64,000 nucleotides of DNA from a virus. The DNA is taken from IMG/VR virus record IMGVR_UViG_3300027714_000004, positions 81,427-145,426 of that record; one strand, 5' to 3'. The translations under genes were made by a program, and so were the position numbers. Shown piece after piece: positions 45,621-56,048 of this stretch (positions are counted from its first letter, which is position 1; the number at the start of each line of letters is the position of its first letter). The notes beneath the pieces are model-generated. The model made no database searches, was not told where the DNA came from, and worked only from the letters and a program-made list of their open reading frames with translations.

Positions 45621-46324
45621 TACAGGTAAACGACCAATATCTCAAACATGTCGAGGTTAATAACCCTGAACTACTTGAGATTCTAGAACAGTACTCCAAG
45701 TTACATACCACAGAAGGTTTTGAAGAAAACTGTCACTTGAATTCTGCTCAACATATTCGACAACGCGCATACTATGTGGGCGAAGATCATAAGAATGAAA
45801 TTGTTGGTAAGGGAAACAAACACGAAGGGTTTCCGGACGAACTAGTTGGATACAACTTCAAACTTTCTGAGAAAGCGCATAAGATGTTTGCACCGGATGC
45901 AGATCCAGTTTTCAAACGTGATATGACTCTACATCTCCGTGACCTAAACGATAAGATGATGAACTTCTTGTCCGTTAAACACAATGCACTTGCAGCAGTA
46001 TATCCGCCTGGCGGATTCATCTCGTGGCACAACAATGCAAATGCACCTGGCTTTAACTTAATCTTCTCCTACTCAGAAGACGGTTCTGGTTACTTCGAAT
46101 ACATCCACCCTGAGACTAAAGAAGTCATTCGTTGTCAAGATGAATCGGGTAAGTGGACTTGTAAGGCAGCGTACTTCGGTCACTACGGTGAAGAAGATAA
46201 GGTTATGTACCATGCTGCGTCTACAGAAGACTGGCGTTGTACTGTATCATATGTCTTTGATCGAACAGAAGCGTCTATAGACTTCCGTGAAATGGTCGTG
46301 ACAGATATTGAATCTGCGGAATAG
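45617..46324 (+). CDS. 2OG-Fe(II) oxygenase-like (DSBH) protein
   Basis: YPPGGFISWHNN...YHAA....WRCTVSY layout (H, distal H, R). Confidence 0.6.
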   Translation: MIQVNDQYLKHVEVNNPELLEILEQYSKLHTTEGFEENCHLNSAQHIRQRAYYVGEDHKNEIVGKGNKHEGFPDELVGYNFKLSEKAHKMFAPDADPVFKRDMTLHLRDLNDKMMNFLSVKHNALAAVYPPGGFISWHNNANAPGFNLIFSYSEDGSGYFEYIHPETKEVIRCQDESGKWTCKAAYFGHYGEEDKVMYHAASTEDWRCTVSYVFDRTEASIDFREMVVTDIESAE

Positions 46325-46356
46325 TAAAATATATCAAAACTAGAACCTTAAAGTGT

Positions 46357-46364
46357 TATAAATA
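46357..46364 (+). promoter_or_regulatory. Late promoter TATAAATA inside an inverted repeat
   Basis: Flanked by CTAGAACCTTAAA and TTTAAGGTTCTAG. Confidence 0.8.
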
Positions 46365-46404
46365 GAGGAAGACAATCTATAAACAGTTTAAGGTTCTAGA
46401 GAAT

Positions 46405-46761
46405 ATGGCAATTTACGAAGATTTTACAATTGATCAAGGTGCGGATGTAGCTCTACAAATAGAGTTAGTCAACCCTGATGGGTCAACAAAAGACCTTACC
46501 GGATATTCTGTTGCTGCTAAAATGAAGAAGACCTTCAAAAGCGAAGCGAATAATACTCTAGATTTCACCGCTATCGTCGCACAACCTTCGGTAGATGGTA
46601 TCGTCACTATATCCCTCAATAACGTTCAGACAGATACTTTAGCTACTCGTGGTAGATATGTCTATGATGTCGAAATTAGTTATGTAGACGAAGACGAAAA
46701 TACTATCATAGAACGAATTCTAGAAGGTAAGATTAAAGTCAATCCTTCGGTAACAAGGTAA
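46405..46761 (+). CDS. Small Ig-like virion structural protein
   Basis: IDQGAD...DLTGYS...GRYVYDVEI...RILEG...V.PSVT motif seen in T4-like marine phages. Confidence 0.7.
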   Translation: MAIYEDFTIDQGADVALQIELVNPDGSTKDLTGYSVAAKMKKTFKSEANNTLDFTAIVAQPSVDGIVTISLNNVQTDTLATRGRYVYDVEISYVDEDENTIIERILEGKIKVNPSVTR

Positions 46762-46765
46762 GATT

Positions 46766-47635
46766 ATGCCTATTCGAAAGGTCGGTGGTATTACAACCTC
46801 TCTTACTGGAAGCAGTAATTCCGGTACTACTAAAATAAAACGAGTCACTGTGGGTCGTCCAGTAACTCGTGTCCAGTCAAGTAGAGAAATCAAAACCTTT
46901 GACGGTCTTGGGGATATCCCGAACATATCAGAGTTGCAACTCGGTGAGTTGGGTATCAACACGGTTGACGGAAAACTATACTTAAAGAAAATTTACGACA
47001 ACGGTATCGAAGCTGTTGTTGAGGTAGGTAAGCACACCCTCGCGGATGAACTATCTGCATCCACTACCTTTAATTCATACATTTACACTTCTGACGGAAC
47101 ATTAGAAGTGATCAGCGGAGAAGATGATCTAGGTAATTCACTCTCTTACGACCCGAATCCAGACTCCCCGTCAAGGATTCAAATATACCTCAACGGAGTT
47201 TTACTCCAACCAGAAATAGATTATACTGCTACTGGTGGGGATATTATCACCCTAACATCTTCTGTAGATGCGGAACAAGTTGTTCAGGTTGCGGCCTACA
47301 ACTCAACAGGCATTTCTTTTGGAAACGACATCATCCTAGATGATCACTACTCATTTACAGTAGGCACAAACGAGGAAACCAGATTTTATCATAACGGGAT
47401 CGACACCATTATTAAACATATGGGGTTCGATGATAGTAAATTTAAGATACAATATCTTAGTGATGATAAATTCGTAATGGACGACTCAGGTGTTCAACTT
47501 CTTGGACACTACACTTTAAACAGCGAAACTATATCAACTCAATCTGATTTAGACCAGATTAACACTAGACTTGACTCTCTAGACAGTGATATCCAAGAAA
47601 TTAAGTCTATATTAGTAGGACTGTTACAAAATTAA
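46766..47635 (+). CDS. Fibre-associated structural protein
   Basis: LQLGELGINTVDGKLY, IYLNGVLLQPEIDYT motifs and a C-terminal coiled coil. Confidence 0.65.
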   Translation: MPIRKVGGITTSLTGSSNSGTTKIKRVTVGRPVTRVQSSREIKTFDGLGDIPNISELQLGELGINTVDGKLYLKKIYDNGIEAVVEVGKHTLADELSASTTFNSYIYTSDGTLEVISGEDDLGNSLSYDPNPDSPSRIQIYLNGVLLQPEIDYTATGGDIITLTSSVDAEQVVQVAAYNSTGISFGNDIILDDHYSFTVGTNEETRFYHNGIDTIIKHMGFDDSKFKIQYLSDDKFVMDDSGVQLLGHYTLNSETISTQSDLDQINTRLDSLDSDIQEIKSILVGLLQN

Positions 47636-47659
47636 TTATCAAGTCAGGTTTCGTTTAGT

Positions 47660-47667
47660 TATAAATA
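47660..47667 (+). promoter_or_regulatory. Late promoter TATAAATA
   Basis: Exact intergenic consensus. Confidence 0.75.
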
Positions 47668-47704
47668 TAATCGTTCATTCACTATTATAAAGAACTACTC
47701 AACT

Positions 47705-48064
47705 ATGATCAATAATAAATCTTTTAATCGGGTGCTTGCAGAAAGTCTATTCAACTTAGCGAAAGCTAAGCAAGTAGAAGTAACGGAAACCCCTGGCAAG
47801 GAGACGATTCTTTTTGATCTTATTGAGGGAACCTCATCATCTACGTCAGATCGCTCAGTGATTCCAGAAGCACAATCTATCATTGCAGTTGGCGACACAG
47901 CACTGTTCACCTTGAACGGATCACCTACACGAGATGATTTGATCGACGTGTGGGTAAACGATGTTCTTCAGCATCCTGAAGAGATCTACGAAACTATTGA
48001 TAATACTATACAGTTTTTTGAAATCCCTCCGAAAGGAACGGACATCTACATTAAATTTCGTTAG
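47705..48064 (+). CDS. Small structural protein (VWVNDVLQHP domain)
   Basis: Same small beta domain as in 46766 and the C-terminus of 48129. Confidence 0.65.
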   Translation: MINNKSFNRVLAESLFNLAKAKQVEVTETPGKETILFDLIEGTSSSTSDRSVIPEAQSIIAVGDTALFTLNGSPTRDDLIDVWVNDVLQHPEEIYETIDNTIQFFEIPPKGTDIYIKFR

Positions 48065-48128
48065 TATATTATTAAACGTTTAAATTATAAAACACAACCA
48101 ATAAACTCAAACCTAGGAGATACACCTA

Positions 48129-51100
48129 ATGGCATTTAGGCAGATTAAATCCCCCGCATTAGCGGATAAAGCAGTACTTAATACCAAACTGGACGAAAGT
48201 GCAGTACAGGGTCAAGCCACCCTAACAGGTATGATAAACCCAGCGGATTGTTTCACCCTTCTCTATGATGTCGGTACAGACTCATTGAAGAAGATTGGCG
48301 CAGATGCATTCTTCGCATCATTCTCAACAGATGATTTGCAAGAAGGTGATTCACAATACTTTACGCCTGCACGTGCACAATCAGCAGTTGCTCCGGATAT
48401 CGCAGCTGCGGTACTTACGGAAACTAACCGTGCTTCGGCAGCAGAGACTCTACTTCAGAGCAACATTCAAGCTGAAACTTCAGCTCGCACTCAAGCAGAT
48501 ATCACTCTACAATCTAACATTACCGCAGAAGAAACTCGTGCTAAGTTGCGTGAAGATTCTATCGAAGCATCTTCTCAAACTGCTGACACTGCTCTTTCTG
48601 GTCGTCTTGACGACATTCTAAGCAATACTGATTCTGCTGCTATCGATTCGTTCGTAGAAGTAATCACTGCTTTCCAGAGTGCTGACTCAGTACTAACTGC
48701 ATCAACAATCGCTAACTCATCTGCAATCACTTCAGAAGTTAACCGTGCGACTGGTGTAGAAACTGCAAATGCTAGTGCAATCAGTGTTGAAACTGCTCGT
48801 GCAACAGCTGCAGAAGTTGCTCTTGCTTCTCTACTTAGCGCAGAAGAAGTTGCTCGTATCGCTGCTGACGCTGCGTTAACTGCTCGTGTTTCAACTGAAG
48901 AAGGTCTTTCGGTATCACTTCAGTCACAGATTACTACAGAAGCTGCTCGTGCAGCTGCGGCAGAAGGTGTTAACTCATCTGCAATCGCATCTGAAGTTAC
49001 TCGTGCTACTGGCGCAGAAGCTGCAAACGCATCTAACCTAACAGACGAAATCAATGCTCGTGCTGTTGCTGATACTCAAGTACGTGTTGATCTAAACGCT
49101 GCTATCGTATCTGGTGATAACGCTGCTAAAGCTCACGCTGATGCCGCAGACGCACTTCTAATGGGTGACGCAACTATCGACGGTACTCCATCGAATAGTG
49201 TTGCTGAACGTATCGAATCTGCTAAGACTGGCGCTGTATCTGAAGCTGCTATTGACGCTGCTGAGAAAGTTGCTGTTGAAACTACAAACCGTCTTCTTGC
49301 TGAAGCGCAGTTCCAGACTCAGATCACTGCTAATGATGGTGACATCACTGCACTACAAGCTGCTGATACAGCAGAAGCTTCTGCTCGTACCACTGGCGAT
49401 GCTGGTCTACAGTCACAAATTGACTTCATCACTAACAACACTGATTCTGCTGCTCTAGACTCACTAACAGAAATCGTTGCTGCATTCCAAAATGCTGATA
49501 GCGACATGTCTGCTCTTGTTGGTTCTAACACTGCTGCAATCTCTACTGAGAAAGCACGTGCAGAAGGTATTGAGTCGGCTCTATCGACAGCAATCTCTAC
49601 TGAAGCATCAACTCGTGGAACTGCTGACCAAGGTCTACAGTCACAGATTACTGCTGAAGAAACTGCTCGTATCGCTGCTGACGCTACAACTCTTGCATCT
49701 GCAAAGTCTTACACAGACGCAGAAGCAGACTCACATCAAGCAGCTGCTCAGTCACACGCTGATGCACAAGATACTGCACTAGTCGGTGACGCATCTGTAA
49801 ACGGTACTTCTGGTAACACTATTACTGCTCGTATCGCAACTGCTAAAGCATTAGCATTTGGTTACACAGATACTCAAGTTACTGCTGAAGCTGCTTCTCG
49901 TACTGCTGCTGATACCGCACAATCTCTACGTACTACAGTACTAGAATCAGATATGGACGATGTCGAAGCACTTGCTGCTCAAAACGAAATCGATCTACGT
50001 GCAGAAGAAGTTGCTCGTACTACTGGTGATGCTGGACTACAAGGTCAAATCACCGCAGAAGCGACTACTCGTGCTGCTGCCGATACTGCTCTAACATCTA
50101 GTCTAGCGACTGAAGTTGCTCGTGCTCAAGGTGTTGAATCAACTAATGCTGCTGCTGTCGTTACTGAACGTCAACGTGCAGAAGCGGTTGAAGCTGGTCT
50201 ACGTACAGATGCTAACACTAACACAGTAAATATCTCATCTAACTTGGGTGCTATTAATGTTGAACGTACTCGTGCATTGGGTGCTGAACTTGCTCTTGAA
50301 CTCTCGATCGGTGATGAATATGATCGTGCAGTGGCTGCGGAAGGCGTACTAACTACTGGTTTGAACACTCTTTCTGGTACAGTAAGCAATATCCTTTCTA
50401 ACACTGACTCTTCTGCTCTAGACTCACTAACAGAAATCGTTGGTGCTTTCCAGAATGCTGACTCGGATCTATCTGGTATTATCACTGCTAACTCTGGTCG
50501 TTTGACTAGCGTTGAAGGTCGTGCACTAACTCTAGAAACAGAAATGGACGCGGTCGAAGGTCGTGCTACTGCTGTTGAAGGTCGTGCTACTGCACTTGAG
50601 ACAGAACAGGGTCTACAAGCTGCTCGTATCACAGCTAGCGAATCTGACGTTTCTGGTCTAGAAACTAAGTTGGGTGACGGTGTATTTGACACTACTTCTC
50701 AATCTATCACTGGTGCAATCGGTGAACTTCACACAGAAGCAACTGCTAACACTTCTGGTCTTGTATCTGCTGTTGCTCGTGCTGACGCTGATAGTGATGC
50801 ACTTGCATCAGAAATCGTATCACGAACTGCTGCTGACACATCTATCCGTACAGATATCGCAAGCTATCGTTCAACTGACACTGCTGACTACATCGCACGT
50901 GATGGTGTTGTTCTTGCATCTGCACAGACTTACGCAGAAACTGAAGCAAATGACGCAGAAGCTGCTGCTAAGACTTACGCAGACGGAATCGTTGCTAGTG
51001 AAGCAACTCTACGTGACAACGCTGACATCGTACTTGCTGGTCAGATCACTTCTGAAGCGACTGCTCGTATTACTGCCGATAATCAACTAGATTCTCGTGC

Positions 51101-52718
51101 TACAGTCCTAGAAGGCGAAATGTCTGCAACTCAACTTGCTGCTGGCGTAAATGCTGATGGAACATATGCTGCTCCATCAGGTACTAACTACATTGATCTA
51201 TCTACATCTCTAGCAGATGCAGACAAGAAGTTAGACACCGCAATCAAGTCTGCTGACACTGCTCGTATCGCTGGTGACACTAACTTGCAATCACAGATGA
51301 CTGCCGAAGTTGCTCGTGCAACTGCTGCTGAAGGTTTACTATCTACTAACCTAACTGCTGAATCTACTCGTGCAACTGCTGCTGAAGCTGCTAACGGTGT
51401 ATTGATCGTTGCTAACGCAACTGCAATCGCAGCTGAAGCGTCACGTGCTCAAACAATAGAAGGTGATCTACAAACTCAGCTCAACTTCTTTGTTTCTAAC
51501 ACTGATTCTGCTTCACTAGATTCACTAACAGAAATCGTTACTGCATTCCAAAATGCAGATGGTACTCTAACTGGTCTGATCACTCAGAACCAAGTAGACA
51601 TTACTACTAACGCAACTGGTTTAGGTAATGAAATCTCAGCTCGAATTGCAGGTGATACTGCGGTACGTGGTGAATTTGCTGCTGCTGATGCTGTTCTACT
51701 AACTCAAGTAGATGCTCGAATCAAGAAAGCTGGTGACTTTATGTCTGGTGACCTAGCAATGTCTGGAAACAAGGTTTCTAATATTGCTGACGGTACAGAC
51801 GCTGCTGACGCGACTAACAAAGGTCAGTTGGATACAGGTCTTGCTGCACAACATATCTCTCAGTTCTCATCTACTGATCTTTCAGAAGGTAATAATCAGT
51901 TCTTCACTCCACTACGTGCTCGTGCCTCTATCTCGGTAACTGACGTTTCGGGTGAAGGTAAAGTATCTTTTGACCCATCAACTGGTGTTATTGCTGCTGA
52001 TACTGCTAAATCGTTTGTCGAGATGACTGATGTTGTAGATACAGACCTAGTCAATAAGGAAGGTTTTGTTGCTCGTGTTAAGACTGATGGTACAGCTATC
52101 GAACTAGTAGATCCTAAAGAATTGCAGTTTAACAATGCAAAACGTCAGGTTATTGCTGGTGACGGTGCACAGACTACTTTCGCACTAGACTTCTACACAG
52201 CAGAATCTAACGCAATGGTATTTGTTGGTGGTGTTATTCAGGATCCATCTGCTCACTATACAATTGATGCTGTTAACCAACAGATCACTTTCAACGCATC
52301 TATCCCAGTTGGTACTCAGGCGGTTGTAATCGCTCAGTCTACTAACTCTGTTGGTGTACTAGATCCTAAGTCTGTTGGTCTAGAGACTCTTGCTGATAAC
52401 ATTAAGGTATTTGAACAAGGTACTGACGTTATTGCTGGAACTTCTATGACAGTCGTTTCTTCATTCAACAAAGCACTATACCGTTCTGCTAAGTACGTAG
52501 TAACTGTAGAAAGCAATGGTCAGTTCGAAACTCGCGAATGTCTAGTTATTCACGATGGAACAAATGCTTATATTACTGAATATGGTATCATCTTCACAGG
52601 TTCTGATCTGTTAGGTGACACTGATGTTCGTATCAGTGGTTCAAGTGTAGAACTTATGTACACATCAGTTAGCGCTGGTTCAGTAGTATCTGTAGCTGCT
52701 TCATACGTCGATTGTTAA
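48129..52718 (+). CDS. Long Ala-rich coiled-coil fibre
   Basis: ExxRAxAAE repeats; four NTDSxx(L/I)DS..E...AFQ.AD knuckles; C-terminal YRSAKYVV...HDG..AYITEYG domain. Confidence 0.75.
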   Translation: MAFRQIKSPALADKAVLNTKLDESAVQGQATLTGMINPADCFTLLYDVGTDSLKKIGADAFFASFSTDDLQEGDSQYFTPARAQSAVAPDIAAAVLTETNRASAAETLLQSNIQAETSARTQADITLQSNITAEETRAKLREDSIEASSQTADTALSGRLDDILSNTDSAAIDSFVEVITAFQSADSVLTASTIANSSAITSEVNRATGVETANASAISVETARATAAEVALASLLSAEEVARIAADAALTARVSTEEGLSVSLQSQITTEAARAAAAEGVNSSAIASEVTRATGAEAANASNLTDEINARAVADTQVRVDLNAAIVSGDNAAKAHADAADALLMGDATIDGTPSNSVAERIESAKTGAVSEAAIDAAEKVAVETTNRLLAEAQFQTQITANDGDITALQAADTAEASARTTGDAGLQSQIDFITNNTDSAALDSLTEIVAAFQNADSDMSALVGSNTAAISTEKARAEGIESALSTAISTEASTRGTADQGLQSQITAEETARIAADATTLASAKSYTDAEADSHQAAAQSHADAQDTALVGDASVNGTSGNTITARIATAKALAFGYTDTQVTAEAASRTAADTAQSLRTTVLESDMDDVEALAAQNEIDLRAEEVARTTGDAGLQGQITAEATTRAAADTALTSSLATEVARAQGVESTNAAAVVTERQRAEAVEAGLRTDANTNTVNISSNLGAINVERTRALGAELALELSIGDEYDRAVAAEGVLTTGLNTLSGTVSNILSNTDSSALDSLTEIVGAFQNADSDLSGIITANSGRLTSVEGRALTLETEMDAVEGRATAVEGRATALETEQGLQAARITASESDVSGLETKLGDGVFDTTSQSITGAIGELHTEATANTSGLVSAVARADADSDALASEIVSRTAADTSIRTDIASYRSTDTADYIARDGVVLASAQTYAETEANDAEAAAKTYADGIVASEATLRDNADIVLAGQITSEATARITADNQLDSRATVLEGEMSATQLAAGVNADGTYAAPSGTNYIDLSTSLADADKKLDTAIKSADTARIAGDTNLQSQMTAEVARATAAEGLLSTNLTAESTRATAAEAANGVLIVANATAIAAEASRAQTIEGDLQTQLNFFVSNTDSASLDSLTEIVTAFQNADGTLTGLITQNQVDITTNATGLGNEISARIAGDTAVRGEFAAADAVLLTQVDARIKKAGDFMSGDLAMSGNKVSNIADGTDAADATNKGQLDTGLAAQHISQFSSTDLSEGNNQFFTPLRARASISVTDVSGEGKVSFDPSTGVIAADTAKSFVEMTDVVDTDLVNKEGFVARVKTDGTAIELVDPKELQFNNAKRQVIAGDGAQTTFALDFYTAESNAMVFVGGVIQDPSAHYTIDAVNQQITFNASIPVGTQAVVIAQSTNSVGVLDPKSVGLETLADNIKVFEQGTDVIAGTSMTVVSSFNKALYRSAKYVVTVESNGQFETRECLVIHDGTNAYITEYGIIFTGSDLLGDTDVRISGSSVELMYTSVSAGSVVSVAASYVDC

Positions 52719-52736
52719 TCTAAAAGTACCAAATGG

Positions 52737-52756
52737 GGGGGTGGGAAACCACCTCC
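52737..52756 (+). repeat. GAAA-tetraloop hairpin, copy 1
   Basis: GGGGGTGG-GAAA-CCACCTCC; also at 54943-54973 and 56301-56320. Confidence 0.8.
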
Positions 52757-52789
52757 TTTCAATCAATAATTCTAAAAGGTAATAGAATA

Positions 52790-53641
52790 ATGAGCTTTAA
52801 CAAAAAATTTAGAATACAAAATGGTGCGGACATTACTGGTAGCGTATACGTAGGCAACCAGTTAGTAATCGACTCTGACGGTAAAATCTCTCTAGCATCA
52901 GTAACTGACGCAGTTTCATCTGCTGTATCTTCGGATATTGCTTCACTGCAATCGCAGATCACTGCAATGTTAGGAACTTCACCAGAATCTTTGGACACGT
53001 TACAAGAAATTGTTTCTACTTTCCAAAGTGCTGATGGAGATCTACAAACTTTAATCACGAACACTTCTTCTGCCGTTGCATCTTTACAATCTACTATGGG
53101 GTCAGGTTCTTTAGATACTGACGCTAGTACTATTGTTGGTGCCGTCAATGAACTTCATACATCAGTATTAAATATTCCTGCTGGCCCAACTGGCCCAACA
53201 GGCCCTGCTGGTGCAGAAGGTCAACAAGGTATCCAAGGTATCCAAGGTATCGCAGGCCCTGATGGTGCACAAGGACTACAAGGCATACACGGTGTTCAAG
53301 GTATTCAAGGCGAAACTGGAACTCCCTTTGATGTACAGGGCAATCTGATTGTTGCAGGAAAATTAACTTCTGACAAAAAGACCAGTGTTACTGCAACATC
53401 TACGACTGTAGTAAAAGGTACTCACCTCTATGTTAGTGCATCGGGACAAACAATTACGTTACCTGCTTCTCCGGTAATGGGAGATTCTGCACACATAACT
53501 GTAGGTGAATTTGCAGATACAGTTGTAGCTGGAAATGGCGAAAAGATTATGGGCGATGCGTCTAATTTCACAATGGACGCGGCTTGTCTTTCAATTAACT
53601 TCGTATATACTGAAGTTGCTAAAGGGTGGGTGATGTCATGA
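52790..53641 (+). CDS. Short collagen-like fibre ([12 protein letters not shown] family, copy 1)
   Basis: [12 protein letters not shown] knuckle; about 15 G-X-Y triplets; [11 protein letters not shown]-domain. Confidence 0.75.
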   Translation: MSFNKKFRIQNGADITGSVYVGNQLVIDSDGKISLASVTDAVSSAVSSDIASLQSQITAMLGTSPESLDTLQEIVSTFQSADGDLQTLITNTSSAVASLQSTMGSGSLDTDASTIVGAVNELHTSVLNIPAGPTGPTGPAGAEGQQGIQGIQGIAGPDGAQGLQGIHGVQGIQGETGTPFDVQGNLIVAGKLTSDKKTSVTATSTTVVKGTHLYVSASGQTITLPASPVMGDSAHITVGEFADTVVAGNGEKIMGDASNFTMDAACLSINFVYTEVAKGWVMS

Positions 53642-54714
53642 GTAATTTTTCGGACTTCATCGGAAGTAGCGGCGGTGGCGGTGGCGGTTCTCAAGTCAAC
53701 GATGCTAAGTATATTGTTAACGACGTTAACTTGATTGTAACAGCAGATGGCGAACACTGGCAGAAGTCGGGTGTTACAAACTCGAACACCGTTACCTATC
53801 CCGATGCTTCTACTGCTGCTGGCCCCATTGGTACTGCTACAGATGCAGAAGTGATTTTACCAGACACTCACGATCGTCCCATCGCTGGGCAATCGACTAC
53901 TAACGGAAAATGGCTTTGGTACACAAATGCGTCAGGATCGATGCAAATCCGAGCAACTCGGTTGGATGGTACAGGTTCATCGGTTGAGGCATATAATGGC
54001 CCCGACTATGCAAACATGAATGGTCGGCTCTTCATACACGCGGATGGTGATGGTTACATGTACACATTGCATGCTCACGGTTATGGAAACGGTTTCCAAT
54101 CAAGATACCACCAGATAAGACGTTACACTATTAATCAAAGTACTGGTCAGCTGACCCATAATGGTAACGTTGGGGGAAGCCATCTAGATTTTGGGCCCCA
54201 TTGGTGCTATGGCCTCATGTCAAATGATATTGTCGGCCGAGACTCATACTTTCGTGTAATGGCTCAAGCCCAGGATGGTTCGCAGAGATCATTTTATGTG
54301 AATAAAAGCACCGGCGCTATGGGTGTTGAAAGAACCTTCTACACCGCAGATAGTGGTGTAAAAATGCCCGGTGATATTGCGAGCGTTCATGAATTTAACG
54401 GAGAAATTTGGATAAAAGGCTTTGATGGGTACATGTACGTTTGGAATTCAGGACTTACAACCTTCCGGATAAAAGTTGATGTAGGTACTTCGGGTTCGTT
54501 CTTCTCAAAGACTGACAGTATTAGCTCACAGGCATTGGAAACTGATACATACGCTTCTATGCCTAACGGCAGTGTTAGCGGTGTTCATAACTATCAGCGT
54601 ATGTATGAGATGACCACTAATGGTTATAAAAACCACCCGCCAACCACAATTATTGGAATTCAGAATAATCAGACTGAAAGTGCAGGCGTTAACTTATATA
54701 TGAGGATAAAGTAA
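53638..54714 (+). CDS. Putative receptor-binding beta-rich protein (MSNFSDFI family, copy 1)
   Basis: Shares its N-terminus and LYxRIK C-terminus with 54999-56048. Confidence 0.6.
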   Translation: MSNFSDFIGSSGGGGGGSQVNDAKYIVNDVNLIVTADGEHWQKSGVTNSNTVTYPDASTAAGPIGTATDAEVILPDTHDRPIAGQSTTNGKWLWYTNASGSMQIRATRLDGTGSSVEAYNGPDYANMNGRLFIHADGDGYMYTLHAHGYGNGFQSRYHQIRRYTINQSTGQLTHNGNVGGSHLDFGPHWCYGLMSNDIVGRDSYFRVMAQAQDGSQRSFYVNKSTGAMGVERTFYTADSGVKMPGDIASVHEFNGEIWIKGFDGYMYVWNSGLTTFRIKVDVGTSGSFFSKTDSISSQALETDTYASMPNGSVSGVHNYQRMYEMTTNGYKNHPPTTIIGIQNNQTESAGVNLYMRIK

Positions 54715-54935
54715 TGTATAACGAAGATTTACCGGCAAACAACCTTACCCCAGAGCAACAAGCGGAAAATGATATCAGTGTTGGACGCTTTTGGCGAGAT
54801 CAGGAACTAAAAAACAGCGACTGGATTGCAGCCATACCAGATCATGGATTACATGCTGATTACATGACCTACCGTACAGCTCTACGTAACTGGCCTTCAA
54901 CCGAAGACTTCCCAGCTACTAAACCAGAAATGTAA
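54714..54935 (+). CDS. Small fibre assembly chaperone-like protein
   Basis: WRDQELKNSDW...YRTALRNWP motif. Confidence 0.75.
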   Translation: MYNEDLPANNLTPEQQAENDISVGRFWRDQELKNSDWIAAIPDHGLHADYMTYRTALRNWPSTEDFPATKPEM

Positions 54936-54942
54936 TACTAAA

Positions 54943-54973
54943 ATGAAAGAGGTGGGAAACCACCTCTTTTCAT
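54943..54973 (+). repeat. GAAA-tetraloop hairpin, copy 2 (terminator-like)
   Basis: ATGAAAGAGGTGG-GAAA-CCACCTCTTTTCAT. Confidence 0.75.
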
Positions 54974-54998
54974 AACATTTAAAAATAAGGAAAAAAGT

Positions 54999-56048
54999 AT
55001 GAGTAATTTTTCAGACTTTATTAGTAGTAGCAGCGATGATAGCACAACTGCTGGAAGTACACCGTTAAATGGATTGACTATTTTTTCATCGGATCAACCA
55101 GAATTCGTAGTTACGGAATCAGGAGAGCACTATGTAAAAACTGGTGTTACCAGTGATAATTTCACTGATTACCCAGATCAAGTTATAAAAGGATTTTCGA
55201 AAACTTCCACCCCAGAAGTTGGTGAAGGCTCAAATTTTGGTACAATCTACGGTAATCGAAAATACACTTTTAGAAAGCATGGGCAGTATTTAAGCTACCT
55301 ATTTAACTGGAATGGCACTACGGGAGATCTTTACACATCTTCTCCTAATGGTTCAAACAATAATGGTTCGGTTGACTATAACTGGCGTTGGAATAGTATC
55401 TCTACCCATAATAACACAAGGACGTTTGGATTTAGAGACAACTATGTAGATTACATGACTCATACAGATTCTTGGGGAAGCGTCAGCAAGTATAACTATT
55501 ATACTGGAGTATCTTTTACTCAAGGATTTTATGATCACGAACTTGCTTATGACCAAGATAGTCAGAGAGTCTACGCATATACCTATAGTCTTGATAGAAT
55601 GGTAGTATTTAACGTATCAGGTACACCATATGTGGAAGCGAACTACACCTTTGGTCGTCCTACAGATAATAGTTTCACTTCTTGCACAGGAATGTCTTAC
55701 GGCGATGGAGCTTTGCATTTCTGTGGCCAAAATGATGTTTTGGGCGGTAATATGATCTCGAAAGTCCCCATCACTGGTGGTGGCGACACTTCTAAAACAT
55801 GGGGAGCAGGCGGGACTGTAACCGTAGGACTAAAAAGATATGAATCGACTATAGGGGTGTCTGCTCATTTGGTTCAGTGGAGTCACTTTGATACAACTAC
55901 TGGGAAAGATGTGTATTGTGGATTTCATGCCACTCAAGATGGATTGAAGTTCTTTGCCGAAGGATTGACATGGGACTCTGGTACTACTCGTCAGTATATG
56001 ACTCACGGTCAGTCAGGATCACCAACACTATATAAGAGGATCAAGTAA
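54999..56048 (+). CDS. Putative receptor-binding beta-rich protein (MSNFSDFI family, copy 2)
   Basis: Conserved GEH.VK.GV.......YPD and LYKRIK; divergent core. Confidence 0.6.
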   Translation: MSNFSDFISSSSDDSTTAGSTPLNGLTIFSSDQPEFVVTESGEHYVKTGVTSDNFTDYPDQVIKGFSKTSTPEVGEGSNFGTIYGNRKYTFRKHGQYLSYLFNWNGTTGDLYTSSPNGSNNNGSVDYNWRWNSISTHNNTRTFGFRDNYVDYMTHTDSWGSVSKYNYYTGVSFTQGFYDHELAYDQDSQRVYAYTYSLDRMVVFNVSGTPYVEANYTFGRPTDNSFTSCTGMSYGDGALHFCGQNDVLGGNMISKVPITGGGDTSKTWGAGGTVTVGLKRYESTIGVSAHLVQWSHFDTTTGKDVYCGFHATQDGLKFFAEGLTWDSGTTRQYMTHGQSGSPTLYKRIK

